In this document: one piece after another, positions 13,736 to 13,854 of the stretch
How the letters are laid out: every line of letters begins with the position of its first letter
How positions within the stretch are numbered: position 1 is the stretch's first letter
Origin: a virus
Taxonomy: Duplodnaviria > Heunggongvirae > Uroviricota > Caudoviricetes
IMG/VR virus record: IMGVR_UViG_2585427748_000003
Length of the DNA: 13,854 nucleotides
Strand: one strand, 5' to 3'
Translations under genes and position numbers: made by a program
Notes under the pieces: model-generated
What the model was told of the DNA's origin: nothing
Seen by the model: only the letters and a program-made list of their open reading frames with translations
Databases searched by the model: none

Positions 13736-13854
13736 TTAAAAGCGGTACCCGGCAGAGAACATAAACACCCACGGATCCAGTCGTACCGAGTCTTTCACGG
13801 TATTAACACCAGATTTATACTTAGCCGTGGTATCGATATCCATGTACCACACTG
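13736..13854 (-). CDS. ompW: 3' end of an ompW-like outer-membrane protein gene (last about 38 codons; continues right of the window)
   Basis: Minus-strand translation ..VWYMDIDTTAKYKSGVNTVKDSVRLDPWVFMFSAGYRF* ends in the aromatic C-terminus typical of beta-barrel OMPs and matches my memory of the OmpW C-terminus; the middle segment differs from the E. coli K-12 sequence as I recall it. Confidence 0.65.
   Translation of the reverse strand, partial: VWYMDIDTTAKYKSGVNTVKDSVRLDPWVFMFSAGYRF

Overview
This window reads as the early/left arm of an Escherichia-type lambdoid prophage with a Rac-like immunity region, lying next to the 3' end of an ompW-like gene and carrying an IS3-family (IS629-like) insertion at its left edge. 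All calls are from reading the sequence and ORF track by eye and from remembered motifs; no database search was run, and sub-feature coordinates were counted by hand and may be off by a few bases. Layout, right to left: int (12560-13690) <- xis-like <- 804-aa RecE/ExoVIII-like gene <- small pL-operon genes <- pL/OL | racR-like repressor | OR/pR -> ydaS/ydaT-like -> replication gene with embedded iteron-like repeats -> six tightly packed small genes -> Hok-family toxin -> terminator -> XRE-HTH + ImmA/IrrE metallopeptidase pair between two identical 23-bp terminator hairpins -> two hypothetical genes, the distal one cut by the IS. No rRNA, tRNA or CRISPR array was seen. The candidates I would chase first for anything undescribed are: (1) the ExoVIII-like protein whose catalytic end carries DnaQ-like DEDDh 3'-5' exonuclease motifs, has no annealase partner, and stops at an in-frame amber codon; (2) the terminator-bounded XRE + ImmA/IrrE module; (3) an AT-rich convergent overlapping gene pair inside the pL operon followed by about 560 bp without convincing coding capacity; (4) the cassette of six small genes including a tandem paralog pair and a small membrane protein.
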